64,000 nt of DNA. Origin: Saccostrea echinata. Taxonomy: Eukaryota. The stretch is taken from positions 50,220,001-50,284,000 of the forward strand of contig NW_026889750.1 in the NCBI RefSeq assembly GCF_033153115.1, read 5' to 3'. This document shows, in pieces, positions 12,507-26,141 of this stretch. The translations under genes and the position numbers were made by a program. Each line of letters begins with the position of its first letter. Within the stretch, counting starts at the first letter, position 1. Under the pieces are notes generated by a model. It did no database searches. It was not told the origin of the DNA and saw only the letters and a list, made by a program, of their open reading frames with translations.

Positions 12507-15500
12507 TTAATTAGTAATACTGTTTTGATCCTCATCAGCCGTGACTGTGATGATGACGGACGACTGGACGTCATTATCCTCATCGTCCACTGGTATAGCC
12601 TCATCTGATTGGGCGATCAGTGCCTTTGACGGAGACTGAATCATCGTGATCTTTTTGACCAGTTCAACTTCTGGTTGTTTGGGCTTTTGACCAGTCATCA
12701 ACTCGTATGTATTGTCTACTTGGATAAGATCCTCTATCATATCATAATATCGCATGTCCAGCCCAGCATAGCTCTTTAATGCCTCTGTGTTTATCTTCTC
12801 CCTCTCCTTGATGGCATCCCGACTGAAAGCCCTGACATCAGACGACACACGCCCTCCTGCCATGCTACTAAGACGAGTCGACACACGCATGTCCTCCATG
12901 GCAGACTTTGAAGGAGTTAGTGTGGAACGACCAGGAATTTCCTCCACCTGTAATTCAGATGCAAATTTCACCACACTGGTTGGTCGTTCTGTCTCTGGAG
13001 TCCTCCCACCAGTAGCTGAGGAAAATTCCCTCTCACTGCTGTCCGTCACATCACTGTCCTCTGTTGTGACCTTTGACCTCTCTGATCCCTTGGGTGTGCC
13101 CTGATCTTTGGGTGTACCTGAGTCGTGCTGTCGGCCTGATGTGGGTCTGGCCTCGGGTGTGGCCACTTCACTCCTGGTGTCCTCTCGTGACATGATTTGA
13201 TGAAGTTCTTCATCTGCAGTCGGGGTGAAGACTTCACGGCTCGGGGTGGGGGAGACACTCCTCTGATGAGGAGTGTGGGGTCTATCACCTATCACCTTCC
13301 TTTGAGATGTGTCAGGGCGATCACTGGCCTGACTCATTGATCTTATTCTCTCCATCATTGGTGGAAGTTTCTCTTCACTCTCCTAAACAGAAAATTACAC
13401 AAAAATTAATAATAAAGATTGGGGGAAAAATTTAAATTTAAGGATTAAAGATGCAAGCAAAAAAAATGTCATATCAAGAAGGTTTTCATATATATTTTTA
13501 TTTAAAACATTGCTGTGACGTCATGCCTTTGTTCTTGCAGTCTAAAAATTTACCTGTAGCCGTCCGATAATAATAATTAGCAGTCCAAAAATATATTATC
13601 GGACGGCAGTGATAACAAAATCGGACAGTAGTTAAAAAACAACAACTAGAGTGAAATCAAGGTTTAATTTGTCCAGAAACCAAAAAAAAAGTTAGGGAGA
13701 AAAAATTCAGGGAAAGCGAACACGAGGTAATTAATTTGTTAAAAATAGCAAATCCAAGAAGATACTGGAGTTTTAACCTTCCTCAAAAGTAACACTTTCC
13801 ATTCTGTTCTTTGCAAAGCATTTTCGATACAGCACTGTGAATAAGCCAATTTTAATCCAATTCTGATAAAGAACCAGTCTGCGAATCTCTTCATTTAACG
13901 AGGTTTGTTGGCCAATGACCGCACTTTTAAAACCTAAGATTTTCATTATATCATCCAATCAAAATTTTCAAATAATAATCCGCATTTTTACTTTAAATGC
14001 ATTTTGAAGATATCATCCAACACTGTATCAACGTCAAACGCACTTAATAAAAAAAATCTTCCGAATCATAAAAAAATCCTTCATCACCTAACCACTGGCC
14101 ATAGTTCCTGCTAAGCCAAACGACTGCCATTGAATGAATGAAAGAAAAGAGTTCACTCACTGATTTTACTGTCTAAAGAAAAAAAAACTTTCTCTTTTCT
14201 TTTGTCTACTTATTAGATGGTTTCGGGTAGAAAACTATTGATGCCTGAACTCCTATTGTGTAATTATCGGATTCTTCCAGGTAACTTTTGGACATTTAAA
14301 TAGCAATGTTTTAAGTAAGATATATGCCTCATACAATTCTATATGTAAAATTATCAGACTGTTTTCGGCCCTAACGGGCCTCAAACAGTCCGATAATTTT
14401 AGATATAGAACAGTATTCAGCATATATCCATTACTTATATCATTTCTAACCATTAATTCTCTCTAATCTAGGTTTGATTTACCAAAATATTTCATTTTAT
14501 CAAATTTGTTGCTATATCAAGAAAATCATTACATACATGTATAAGGTAACTACTATCTACAATATCAAACAACATAAAATTAAAGTCATAGATTTAGCAT
14601 CTGTAAATAAAAATGGCAGATTTTGCAAGCATACCACCTAAATTCACCTAAGTTTTCAAAGTACAAGTGAGGTTTGTAGACCTGCTTATATAAAATTAAA
14701 GTTAAATGCAGCATAAAAAGAGGTGTGGTGTATCCCTAGATGCATGCATGGTTAGTATGCCAAATTTTATCTCTGAAAGAATGATAATATAGTATATTGT
14801 TTCATGCAATGTTGTTAAAAATATTATTAACCTGCTTATTTGGTAACTGAAATTGAAAAAAAGCACTACAAGGATTGGTGTACACATGCACCAGTGGCAA
14901 AAATTCAGCAAGATTTGGAGTGTGCATCTTTAGATTTTTACAGTAGGTGCATACATGTACATGCAGAAATGAACATGTTCCTAAAACTCAATCTAACATG
15001 GGCACATGCTGGATCTGAGGCATGACTATATAAATACATTGAAGTAATTGTTTATATTTTGTAAAAGAATATCTTCTATGCAAAACTGAACTAGATCAAT
15101 CTCTAGTAGAGAGGGTTTTACTATTTAGAGAACCTTTCCAAAAAAATTTTTATATGAACATATTTCTCATACATAAAAATATAGGTAGGACTACATCTTA
15201 TATAATAATTTGACATGATTAATCAAGTTCATCAAGTTCAGCTTAAACTGGTCCTTAAGTTACCAAAAATAGAAATTGACACATTTATAGGAAAGATCAA
15301 TTAACATAGGTTTTACCTTACTTTTCCTTGTTCTAGATAGCCTGGTGTATGACAGACTGGACATTTACCTTCCTTTTCCTTGTTCTAGATAGCCTGGTGT
15401 ATGACAGACTAGACATTTACCTTACTTTTCCTTGTTCTAGATAGCCTGGTGTATGACAGACTAGACATTTACCTTACTTTTCCTTGTTCTAGATAGCCTG

Positions 15501-18500
15501 GTGTATGACAGACTGGACACACTGTAGGTGAAGTGACAGTGACTCTTACTCGACTTGGCAGATCTCAGTAAGATGACCGAGTATGGATTTCTACGCTGTT
15601 AGCAAAGTGTAAGCAAAGCAAAGTTCTCAGGTGCAAGTCAGTCATTAAAACACAGTACAACTGCTCATTCAAGGTTTTAAAAATGTTTATTAATGGACAG
15701 GATATGAAACAATGGACCATTTAGAGGTATTTGATTATAAAATGATTTGATAAGAAAAAAGATCTCTTTTGAGGACAATCGTATGACTGTGGTACTGTAT
15801 ATTTTATACTTCTGAATAAGCAGCTGTACATGAAATTTAGATTGTGTACAAAAGAGAGGCTTGAGATGTGATATTAAGCAGAAAAAGACCTATAGTTAGC
15901 TTAATTTTGCTTAAGTAATTCTATGTATACATAGCAAAGGCAAAACAAAAAGCAGAGAACAGACAGGGAGCAAAAAACAGGAAGTCCTGGATGTACCTCC
16001 ATTTCTTTTTCGTTCTCGTAAATCATTCTACTCAGGTTTTCATGCTTCAGATCATCGGCTTCATTCAGAGAAATCTGGGCTGCAATGTTACCCTTGGTGC
16101 AAAGTTTACGGACTTCATTCTTTATTTGAGCTACCATGTCCATATCTTCCGTGGCACTGATTCCAAACATCTCTAATGTGTTAGCTATCTCCCTGTCAAA
16201 ATATATCAAAATAACTCTTAAATGGTATAATAGCCCTCTAAAATAGCAGTTTAACATTTTTAGACACTTCTAGATAGACACTTACTCTTTGAGCAGACAG
16301 AAATCTTTGATTACACAGACACTTACTCTCTGACTAGACAGACACTTAGAGAGTCACTAGACTGACATTACTCTCTTCCTAGACGACACTTTCTCTCTGA
16401 CATGATAGACACTCACTTATTGACTAGACAGACTTAAAGACTCAGAGAGTCACTAGACAGACACTTAGAGAGTCACTAGACAGATAAGTACTCTCTGACA
16501 AGACAGACACTCGTTTTTGACTAGACAGATACTTTCTGACAAGACAAACACTTACTCTCTGGCTGAACAGACACTTACTCTCTGACAAGACAGATGCTTA
16601 GTCTCTGACTAGAAACACTTACTCTCTGACAAGACAGACACTTAGTCTCTGACTAGAAACACTTACTCTCTGACAAGACAGACACTTAGTCTCTGACTAG
16701 AAACACTTACTCTCTGACAAGACAGACACTTAGTCTCTGACTAGATAAACACTTACTCTCTGACAAGACAGAAACTTAGTCTCTGACTAGAAACACTTGC
16801 ACTCTGACAAGACAGACACTTAGTCTCTGACTAGAAACACTTACTCTCTGACAAGACAGACACTTAGTCTCTGACTAGATAAACACTTACTCTCTGACAA
16901 GACAGACGCTTAGTCTCTGACTAGAAACACTTACTCTCTGACAAGACAGACACTCATTTTTGATTAGACAGACACTTTCTGACAAGACAGACACTCTCTG
17001 ACTAGACAAACACTTACTCTCTGACTGAATATATAGACACTTACTCTCTGACAAGCTTAGTCTCTGACAAGATGGACACTCACTTACTGACTAGAGAGAC
17101 ACTTACTTTCTTCACTGGACCAGACAGACACTTGCCTGTATTCTTTAACCAGAGAGACACTTACTCTTTGACTAGACAGACACTTACTCTCTGACTACAC
17201 TGCTAGATTCCACAAGGAATCTCTCCTGTAGGACCTCTGCCACATCCTCTGTCTTTAGTTTCAGCATCATCAGGGTGTGACAGGCCTCTGCTCTCACCCC
17301 TGGCTTCTCCTCATACCTGACCGCCCACAATAAAGTTTCAGTAATTTCCTCATTGACCACACCTATGTTACCCATAGCTACAACATAAAAATAGACCACA
17401 CGTATGTTTCCCATAGCTATCATGTAAAAACAACATGTCTTTTACTCTTATTTATGTAAGGTTGAACATAACTTGGAATATTGCTTTATCACTTTTTATT
17501 TATTTACCTTAATTGACATTTAATTCTGCACTTTCCAAACATTGACTAAATTCAGAAATATTGGGAAAAACATAGGTAATCAGAGATTACAAAGCTCATC
17601 TCAACGAATCTTGTCTTTAAGTAAGGCAAAGTCCCACACTAAACTAATAATCTATGCATCATCCATGCAAGTTTGGTTCAGATGGACCATATAGTCTCTT
17701 GGTCAAGGACTCCTCAAAAAACTTTAACCTGGTTGCTCATCCAGAAAATGTAGGTCAAATCCAGCATCTGAAGCAAGTTCAGTATTGTTTCCTTTGAAGT
17801 ATCATAAATGCAAGTTTGGTCTGCAAAGGGCTTATAGTTATCTGCTCCAAAAACTTTAACCTGGTCACTCATGAAAGTCAAATCCAGCATCTGAAGCAAG
17901 CCAGATAGTGTGCATCCTTAGATGTATCATCCATGCAAGTTTGGTCAGCATAGGACTTATAGTTACTTGGAAATGAGATCTGCTCCAAAACCTTTTACCT
18001 GGTCACTCATCTGGAAAATGTAGGTCTGATCCAGCATCTTAAGCAAGCCTGGTAGTGTACATCCTTAGATGTATCATTCATGCAAGTTTGGTTAATATAT
18101 GGCTTACAGATACTTGGAAATGAGATCTGCTCCAAAAACTTAAACCTGGTCTATCATCCAGAAAATGTAGGTCAGATCCAGCATCCGAAACAAGCCTGGT
18201 ACACTGTGCATCCTTAGATGTATCATCCATGCAAGTTATATAGGGCTTATAGTTACTTGGAAATGAGCTGCTCCAAAAACTTTAACCTGCTCCATAAACA
18301 TTAACCTGGTCATTCTTTAGCTGAAATTGCAGCATCTGAAACCTTGACTGGTACAATAAAACATACTAGAAGCATATTCCATGAATCTCTGATTAATATT
18401 TAGGGCAGAGAAGCTAGTACTAAGTACTTGAAAAGAAATCTGCTCCAAAAACTTTAACCTGGAACGCTGACGCCGAGGGTATTACATAATCTCCCCCAAC

Positions 18501-21500
18501 TCTGTTGAGGTGAGCTAAAAATCTAAAATCCTTCATCATCAATACATTATGTAATGAGAATTAATGACTCTCCACTGAAGATGTTGAAAACAAAGTCATT
18601 TTAATTTTTTCAACAGATGGACAAATAGATTTGACTGCAACATACGCATATATTATTTTACCCAGAGTCAATAAACCAAGTGCAAAAAAAGAACACTTTG
18701 GAAAAGTACTAGTAATTTTAAAAAGCACTTTTCTTTTACCTTGAATAGCTAAAGCCTTCACTTTCCAGATGGGATCAAAAGTAGCTAAATGGATCAGCTT
18801 CTCTATAACTTGTTCATCTTTTATCTCCAGGTTGCCACAAGTTATACAGACTTCAGATCTCACAGAAATGTATTCATCTTCAAAACAGTTCAGGAACACA
18901 GGCAGTAGTTTGGCTGTCATTATACCTAAAATCAGACATTAATTACATTGAGCGTTTTATCCACAGGTTTGATCTATTTTAAAATGACTTCTTTTTTTTA
19001 CACCTATATACAAGTACATTTTCCTTATACATTTCTCCCAACTGAAGGCTACACATTAAACACATTAAAATAGAAATAGAAAAAAATTAGGAAAGAAATT
19101 GTAACTTTCTTATCCCCCTTCTCTGTTAAAAATGAAAACTAGTTTGATATTAAAGATGACTGTAACGAGGACACTGCATTAAACACTCTGATACCTAATT
19201 GTCCAATTTTACTGATGGCTTCTAGCCTCGTGGCTTCATTGCCTTTGATAATCCTCTCTCTGAGGTCATCGTGGACCTCCCTACCATGGCTGGTTTTACC
19301 GAGGCACTGGGCGGCGCCCTTACGGACATCTTCATGCCAGTCATTCCACATCAAATCCATCAACTTATTGGTTACATCCTAGATAGGAGAGTGTAAAATG
19401 TTCATCTTCACCATGGAAGCATGTTGTAAATCATAGATGATTTTTACGAATTTTTTTAGATAATGGGACAAAAAATTAATAACTTAAGAGTCCTTGCCTT
19501 GTTAATGGTGCCATGAAGTGTGGGAAGTATTTTACAGGCAATGACTTTATGTCTCCAGCTACTGCTGTTTAACTGTTCAGCCACCATACAATGAACTAAA
19601 GGCTACAACAAAGAAAGGAATTTATCAGAATGGCATACAGCAAAATACAAGCTGCAATTAAAAATATATGATCTATACTGTATATAGAACAAATTTTGCC
19701 CAATTATTTTTTTTTTGCTCAGTCCCATGTGGGTGAATTTAAAATGGGATGGATTCAAGAAAGACTACATTAGTGGGTATCTCTTGGGGCAAATTATAAA
19801 CAAGGCAAACTTGTTTGAACATTAAAAAGAGCAAAATAAAGGGGAGGGGGGTTAAAAATAACTCTGTGAACAGTATAAATATAAAAAGAACATGTAATGC
19901 AGAGAATATACCAAAGTTGAAACCATTGCATGTAATTATATTTAAAGGGTCTCATTAAAAGTTTTTAAACATTTAAACTAAGAGAACCTTATTCTAGCAA
20001 CTGCAAAAACACTTACAGAGAAAATGCTTAGTTTGCCAAGTAAGTAGATAGCTTTCTCGTGTTTAATGGTATCCTCTGTCTCTAACAGCTGACGGACAAT
20101 CTCGCCCACTACTAGCGAGTTACAGAGGCCATCATGGGCAAGACACTGGGCAGCAGCCCATCTGTCCACACTGGTCTCACTCTGTAGAGCCAGCTGAAGA
20201 ACTTGTCTGGCCTACAAAGGAATTAGTGTGATATACTTTACCAGCCATGTCAGTTAGCCAAACATTTGTGGCACAGGCATTCTTTGACTTTTGTATTGAC
20301 TCTAGATAACAAAGTTTATTCAATATGAGAGAAAATGTATGATATAAAGAGTATGAAATTAATGCAAGCATAAAAAAAAATCTTAAGTATATTCATCGTA
20401 CCTTTTCACCTGGCTTGTTGAGTGAGTAGAGTGTAATCGCTGCTGCTAGTTTGACACGATCCACTTTATCATCCAACAGACACTCAAGAGCAACAAACAG
20501 TTTGTGGGGTAGCTCTTGGAATGGGGCTTTAAGTGAGGGTGTATCTCCATAAATTGAGATCTCCTGGGCCGGGGGACGATACTCGGCGACCTTGGCAATG
20601 GTGGCTATGGCCTTCAGTCGGACATGACTCTGTATGTCTGCCATGTCTTTGATGAGATCCTCTGGCTTACTGTCCACCAACTGACCACTCAGGTGCCACT
20701 TCTGTCTCCACTCATCAACTACACATAAACAGGTCTAATTAGTAACCTTATCTTCCTTTGTAATTACAAATTTAGTAATCTATACAAGAAAGCTATCAGT
20801 TGACTCAATTTTTTGATGCATCTGTAATTTTAGCCTCCTTTAATAAAAACTAATTTAATGATTCTTTGATTTTTTTTCCTACAAAATGACAGAAAGATTC
20901 AATAGTTACTAATTGACTTGAGTTTGTAATGTTACTTACTGACTTGAGTTTGTAATATTACTTTCTGACATGAGTTTGTAATGTTACTTACTGACTTGAG
21001 ATTGTCATTTTACTTACTGACTTGAGTTTGTAATGTTACTTACTGACTTGAGATTGTCATTTTACTTACTGACTTGAGTTTGTAATGTTACTTACTGACT
21101 TGAGTTTGTATTGTTACTTACTGACTTTATTTTGTAATGTTACTTACTGACATGAGTTTGTTATGTTACTTACTGACTTGATTTTGTAATATTACTTTCT
21201 GACATGAGTTTGTAATGTTACTTACTAACTTGATTTTGTAATATTACTTTCTGACTTGAGTTTGTAATATTACTTACTGACTTGAGATTGTAATGTTACT
21301 TACTGACTTGATTTTGTAATGTTACTTACTGACTTGATTTTGTAATATTACTTTCTGACATGAGTTTGTAATGTTACTTACTGACTTGAGATTGTAATTT
21401 TACTTACTGACTTGAGTTTGTAATTTACTTACTGACTTGAGTTTGTAATGTTACTTTCTGACTTGAGTTTGTAATTTTACTTACTGACTTGAAGTAATGA

Positions 21501-24500
21501 GGCATTCTGTTTGGTCAGCCTCCGAGTGGTGGGATCTGGTGACCTGTGGTATTCAGGGTCAAAACCCGGAGGAATCATGTTAAACTCTGCTGAATCCTAA
21601 ACACAGAAAATAACCACGAATTTGATCAATATTTGATATCATGGGAAGAGAGGGCGGATGATGTGCAGATCTAATATTATTTCAATACTTAAAAATAACA
21701 CCATTCCTAATTAAGGCTTAATATCACTTTGTTCTATTCCACATTTAACCATTTTCAGAATTTTATATTTCTATAATACATGGTAATACATGTACTCGGA
21801 CATATACATATACATTTCGTCTTCAGCAGAATTAAAGGACACATGACACAAAAAATATTTTGTCTGCATTCAATGTCTTAATCATCCTTTAGTCAGATTC
21901 TAACACTGAAGCTGTTAAACAAGCATCTGTTTCACAGCTAGTGCTGTAACACAGTGCTGATAAGCGGCTTGACCTCAATATGCATATTTTAAAGCCCAGA
22001 GATCGGAAATAGTCGAGGTGACGTCAGAGATCAGCTTCAGCACAGAGATGCTAAACACCCACGTGACGCTTATCTCATTAACTGTCGGCATTGCTCGGAG
22101 AACTGCTTCGGCTAGTATTTATAGATTACTTTATCCAGCTGTGCGTTGTTATCTGATGCTTGTTTAACAGATTCAGTGTGAGAATCTGACTTAAGAATGA
22201 TAAATACATTGAATGCAGACAGAATATTTTTTGTGTCATGTGTCCTTTAAATATCACTGCTTATTCCTTTTTGACAACAATCACACATAAAGCTTTCCTT
22301 ACATCCGCTGGCTCGGGGAGTTTTTTCCAGCGACGAAGTCCTTTCTCCACCTTTTTGATGCGTGGTGACTCCTTCACTTCATGTGGTGGTTTAGCCTCTG
22401 GCTCATTATACCAGGTCTCTGGGTTCTGTGGGTGTTCAGGCTGTAGATTTTTCTGATATTTATGACCAGTACTCAGTACAATCTTGTCAGACTCCTCTAT
22501 GTGAACTTGATCCACCCCTGACAATCATCAAATACTATATATAACACCAAAGTATCAGGACACCTTATTTAATTTTGAAGTATATTTACGCTAAATTTTC
22601 ATGAAATTATAGCATTATAATATAGAAAAGTTTGCTGTCTAATAGCATTATAATATAGAAAAGTTTGCTGTCTAATAGCATTATAATATAGAAAAGTTTG
22701 CTGTCTAATAGCATTATAATATACAAAAGTTTGCTGTCTAATAGCATTATAATATAGAAAAGTTTGCTGTCTATAATAGCATTATAATATACAAAAGTTT
22801 GCTGTCTAATAGCATTATAATATAGAAAAGTTTGCTGTCTAATAGCATTATAATATACAAAAGTTTGCTGTCTAATAGCATTATAATATAGAGAAGTTTG
22901 CTGTCTAATAGCATTATAAAGAGAAGTTTCTATAATAGCATTATAATATAGAGAGGTTGCTATCTAATAGCATTATAAAGAGAAGTTTCTATAATAGCAT
23001 TATAATATAGAGAAGTTTGCTGTCTATAATAGCATTATAATATAGAGAAGTTTGCTGTCTAATAGCATTATAATAAAGAGAGGTTGCTGTCTAATAGCAT
23101 TATAAAGAGAAGTTTCCATAATAGCATTATAGTATAGAGAAGTTTGCTGTCTATAATAGCATTATAATATAGAGAAGTTAAATGTCTAATAGCATTATAA
23201 TACAGAATAGTTTGCTGTCTAATAGCATTATATTATAGAGAAGTTTGATGTCTAATAGCATTATAATATAGAGAAGTTTGCTGTCTTATAGCATTTTAAT
23301 ATAAAGAAGTTTGCTGTCTAATAGCATTATAATATAGAGAAGTTTGCTGTCTAATAGCATTATTATATAGAATTGTTTGCTGTCTAATAGCATTTTAATA
23401 TAGAGAATATTGCTGTCTAATAGCATTATTATATAGAGAAGTTTGCTATCTAATAGCATTATTATATAGAATTGTTTGCTGTCTAATAGCATTATAATAT
23501 AGAGAAGTTTGCTCTCTAATAGCACTTTTGTTGATTCTGAACTCTCCATTCCATGCAGCATTATTTACAGATTTCATCCCCTCTCCATTGTATGCAGCAT
23601 TATTTACCGACATCCATCCCCTCTATAACAATCCTTGCTTACCTATCAACATCTCCTGTTGAAACTGATTGTCTGTATCATAGAACTTGTCTCCCACAGC
23701 AGGGTTAATAAAGTCACGGATGGTGGGTGGGGCAGGCGGCTCATAAGTGTAGTCGATAGTGATATCAGCCGTAGCATTGATGGCACCTATGCGTACAATA
23801 GCATTCTTTAATTTGATTTTGAGAATTCTTAAAAAAAAACAATAATATGAATGAGGACTGCATAGGTTTGCTTGTGTCAAATTCATGAAAATGCTTTTAA
23901 TGTTGATATATGTAATTTAATTAATTTCTAAGTTTCATTAGTCTGAATTCAAAAGGCAAAAGCTAAGTATTATTTATGTACCACATTGTTTACAGGACAA
24001 TGAATGGTACTGCTAAAGAGTTACAATAGTAAAATTAATGTGGGTATAACTAAGTCTAATTTGATTCCGTTAAATCTCTCCATAACCAGTTTAATCTCTC
24101 CGAGCACCAGATTACTTATTCCCAAAGTTTTCTAATAGTAAAAATTATAATTTACAAAACAAAGAAAAAATAGAAACTCTGAAATACATGTTAATCAAAC
24201 ATACATGTACAGTATACTTATGGTTTATGTACTACTGAAGAGCCCTTATCCCTGGGTATTAGTAACTATCCCCTGGGTATTAGTCAACTATCCCCTGGGT
24301 ATTAGTCAAAGTGCTGTGTGATAAAAATTGGTACAAACCTGCACTATTGGTCACTGGAGATCAGCCATGGGAAGGTGAATAAAACAAACAGGTGCAAATG
24401 AGTAACAAACAGACAAACACTCTGGTTACACAAAGACAAGGAAACAAATATATGGAATGAAACGTGAACAAAAAAATTACAGCATGCATCACAAGGTGAA

Positions 24501-26141
24501 CCTAGTGAGGATATCAATAAATAGTAAAATAAAACTCTGATGTACTTATAGCACTTTTATTTTAGAGTCTATTCTTTTTTCAAACTTTTTTTTAGTTTTG
24601 ATTTATCAGTAATGACTAATTTGGATTTGTAAGAGGGTATAAAAAACAAATTGTTGGTTAGGAGGGTAAGTTTCAAAGTGTTACCTTCCTCCTCCTTTTC
24701 TGCATGTTTAATTGCCCGCCGTAAACCGACTGGTTTCCTGTAAAACGGGGCCTTAGAGTCGTCTGAGTATGGGTCATGAGCATGAGGTTCTGTTATTTCC
24801 TCTGCAATATCCATCTCATATACTCGAGCGAGTATCCTGCACAAAAAAATTTACACTCAATTTCTATAAAATTGTTTCTTCAGTATAAAAACAAAACAAT
24901 TGAATTTTATATGTTTCATTCACAATTTCTTCATTCAGAATGTCATTCTACTTGACTTACGTTGACTCTGGCTTCTTCCATTTTTTCTTCGGCTTTTCCA
25001 TGTCTTTTTTGACTTCAGTTGGTTCCTCTTTCTTAAGCTCTCCCAGAGACTCCAGCAACAGATCGGAGGAATCCTGTCTACCGTACCAAGCCTCCACTAG
25101 TTTCTTCAGTCTGTCTCTATCTGGTCCATCAGGCATCTTCTCCAGAACGACCCACTTTGACATATGCGAGCTGACCTTTGATAGAGTGTATGCATCCCAG
25201 TCATAGTTTTCTCGGCAGAATTTTTCCCACACCTCTTTTGTTTCCCGCTCAGAGTCCAGGCTACTTTGATCTGATACTGTTTTTCTTGGTGATCTTTTCT
25301 TGGGCCTGATTTCTTCAGCTTTTTTCTTTTCCTTTGGCACTGGTTTCTTTACATCCTGGATCTGAGGAGAAGCACTGTCCTGTTTTTGTCCGCTCACCTC
25401 CGTCATGAAGAAACTCTCCTCCGACGAGACCTCCGTCGCTGTGTCCTGTGACTGCGCTATCACTGACTTGTGCATTTCTCTGGCTCGTTCCATTATTTTC
25501 CTCTTCAGAGGTTTGAGATGAGGTTTGTATGATTTTGTCAAGTGACATGGCATATGACGCTGGTCCATGCCTCGGGCATCATGGCGACCCGGGGGAATCC
25601 TAGCATGTGGTGGTGGGGACACAATGTCATCTTTAAAACAATTTGAGTTTTTAACATTAGAACACTCTTCACTTGATACACTAATGTACATTAATTTATT
25701 CATTTATTTAAAATGAAAAGAAATGGATTATCTACATGTACTCTAACCATCAGCACAGAAATAGATAACTGATTTGTTCATTATCCTGACAAGTCAATGC
25801 AAAACATCTCTTTATTATTATGTAAGAAACTTAAAATGCTTACATGGGTCAAGAGCTTGGAACAAATACTTTGTGTCATAGGGCACCATATGAAAGCATC
25901 GATCTTCCACAACATCTTCACTGAAGCGTAAATCAGCACTGATTCTCTTCAAGTAACTTTTATGAACAGGTTCAGGAGCTTGAAAGGACTTGAAAATAAC
26001 TGAGGTTGGTGCAGGTTTGTTTGCAAGTTTCAATTCAAAATCTGTTTCCTCTGACCCCAGCTGAGGTACTTTAACCTTTGCTGCACATGGAAATAAGGCT
26101 GGGGTCTTTACCCGTTCAGATTTCTCTCTGAACAGAGACAT
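12507..26141 (-). CDS. HEATR4: HEAT repeat-containing protein 4
   Basis: Phase-consistent exons 26141-25844, 25630-24961, 24836-24685, 23786-23643, 22517-22303, 21596-21485, 20718-20402, 20211-20017, 19602-19498, 19378-19195, 18925-18740, 17377-17188, 16192-15997, 15595-15473 (cassette-like), 13382-12507. HEATR4-typical segments RWAAAQCLA, EQLNSSSW, LMWNDW, MTAKLLPVFLNCF, DPIWKVKALAI, LLWAVRYEEKPGVRAEAC. Confidence 0.9.
15313..15520 (-). repeat. 52-bp tandem repeat x4 made of the exon 3' end plus donor site
   Basis: Period 52 (15317, 15369, 15421, 15473). Unit = last ~46 nt of exon 15595-15473 + GTAAAT. Confidence 0.9.
16275..17197 (-). repeat. ~21-25-bp subunit minisatellite (dimeric core) containing GTCAGAGA|GTAAGTG
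   Basis: Repeated CACTTACTCTCTGAC on plus, contiguous with the donor at 17187. Confidence 0.9.
17578..18520 (-). mobile_element. HINE-like element with ~143-bp internal tandem repeats
   Basis: Terminal GAGGTGAGCTAAAA inverted to AGCTCATCTCAAC near 17595; internal repeats CATCCATGCAAGTTTGG..CTCCAAAAACTTTAACCTGG. Confidence 0.7.
20907..21492 (-). repeat. 26-bp minisatellite (~22 copies) containing TCAAGTCA|GTAAGT
   Basis: Unit CTTACTGACTTGAGTTTGTAATGTTA, contiguous with the donor at 21484. Confidence 0.9.
21836..22246. mobile_element. TTAA-flanked MITE (Kolobok-like) with ~95-bp TIRs
   Basis: TTAA|AGGACACATGACACAAAAAATATT ... AATATTTTTTGTGTCATGTGTCCT|TTAA. Confidence 0.85.
22607..23524. repeat. 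~33-bp intronic minisatellite
   Basis: Unit ATAGCATTATAATATAGAAAAGTTTGCTGTCTA; it produces the repetitive ORF 23286-23561. Confidence 0.9.

Noticed and set aside
12787-13288. Overlapping alternative-frame and antisense ORFs in the last HEATR4 exon (similarly within nanos)
   Set aside because: Shadow ORFs of GC-richer coding sequence.
22607-23524. 33-bp minisatellite as another donor-seeded array
   Set aside because: The unit has no exon-end or GT donor similarity and starts ~120 bp from the donor; a useful counter-example.
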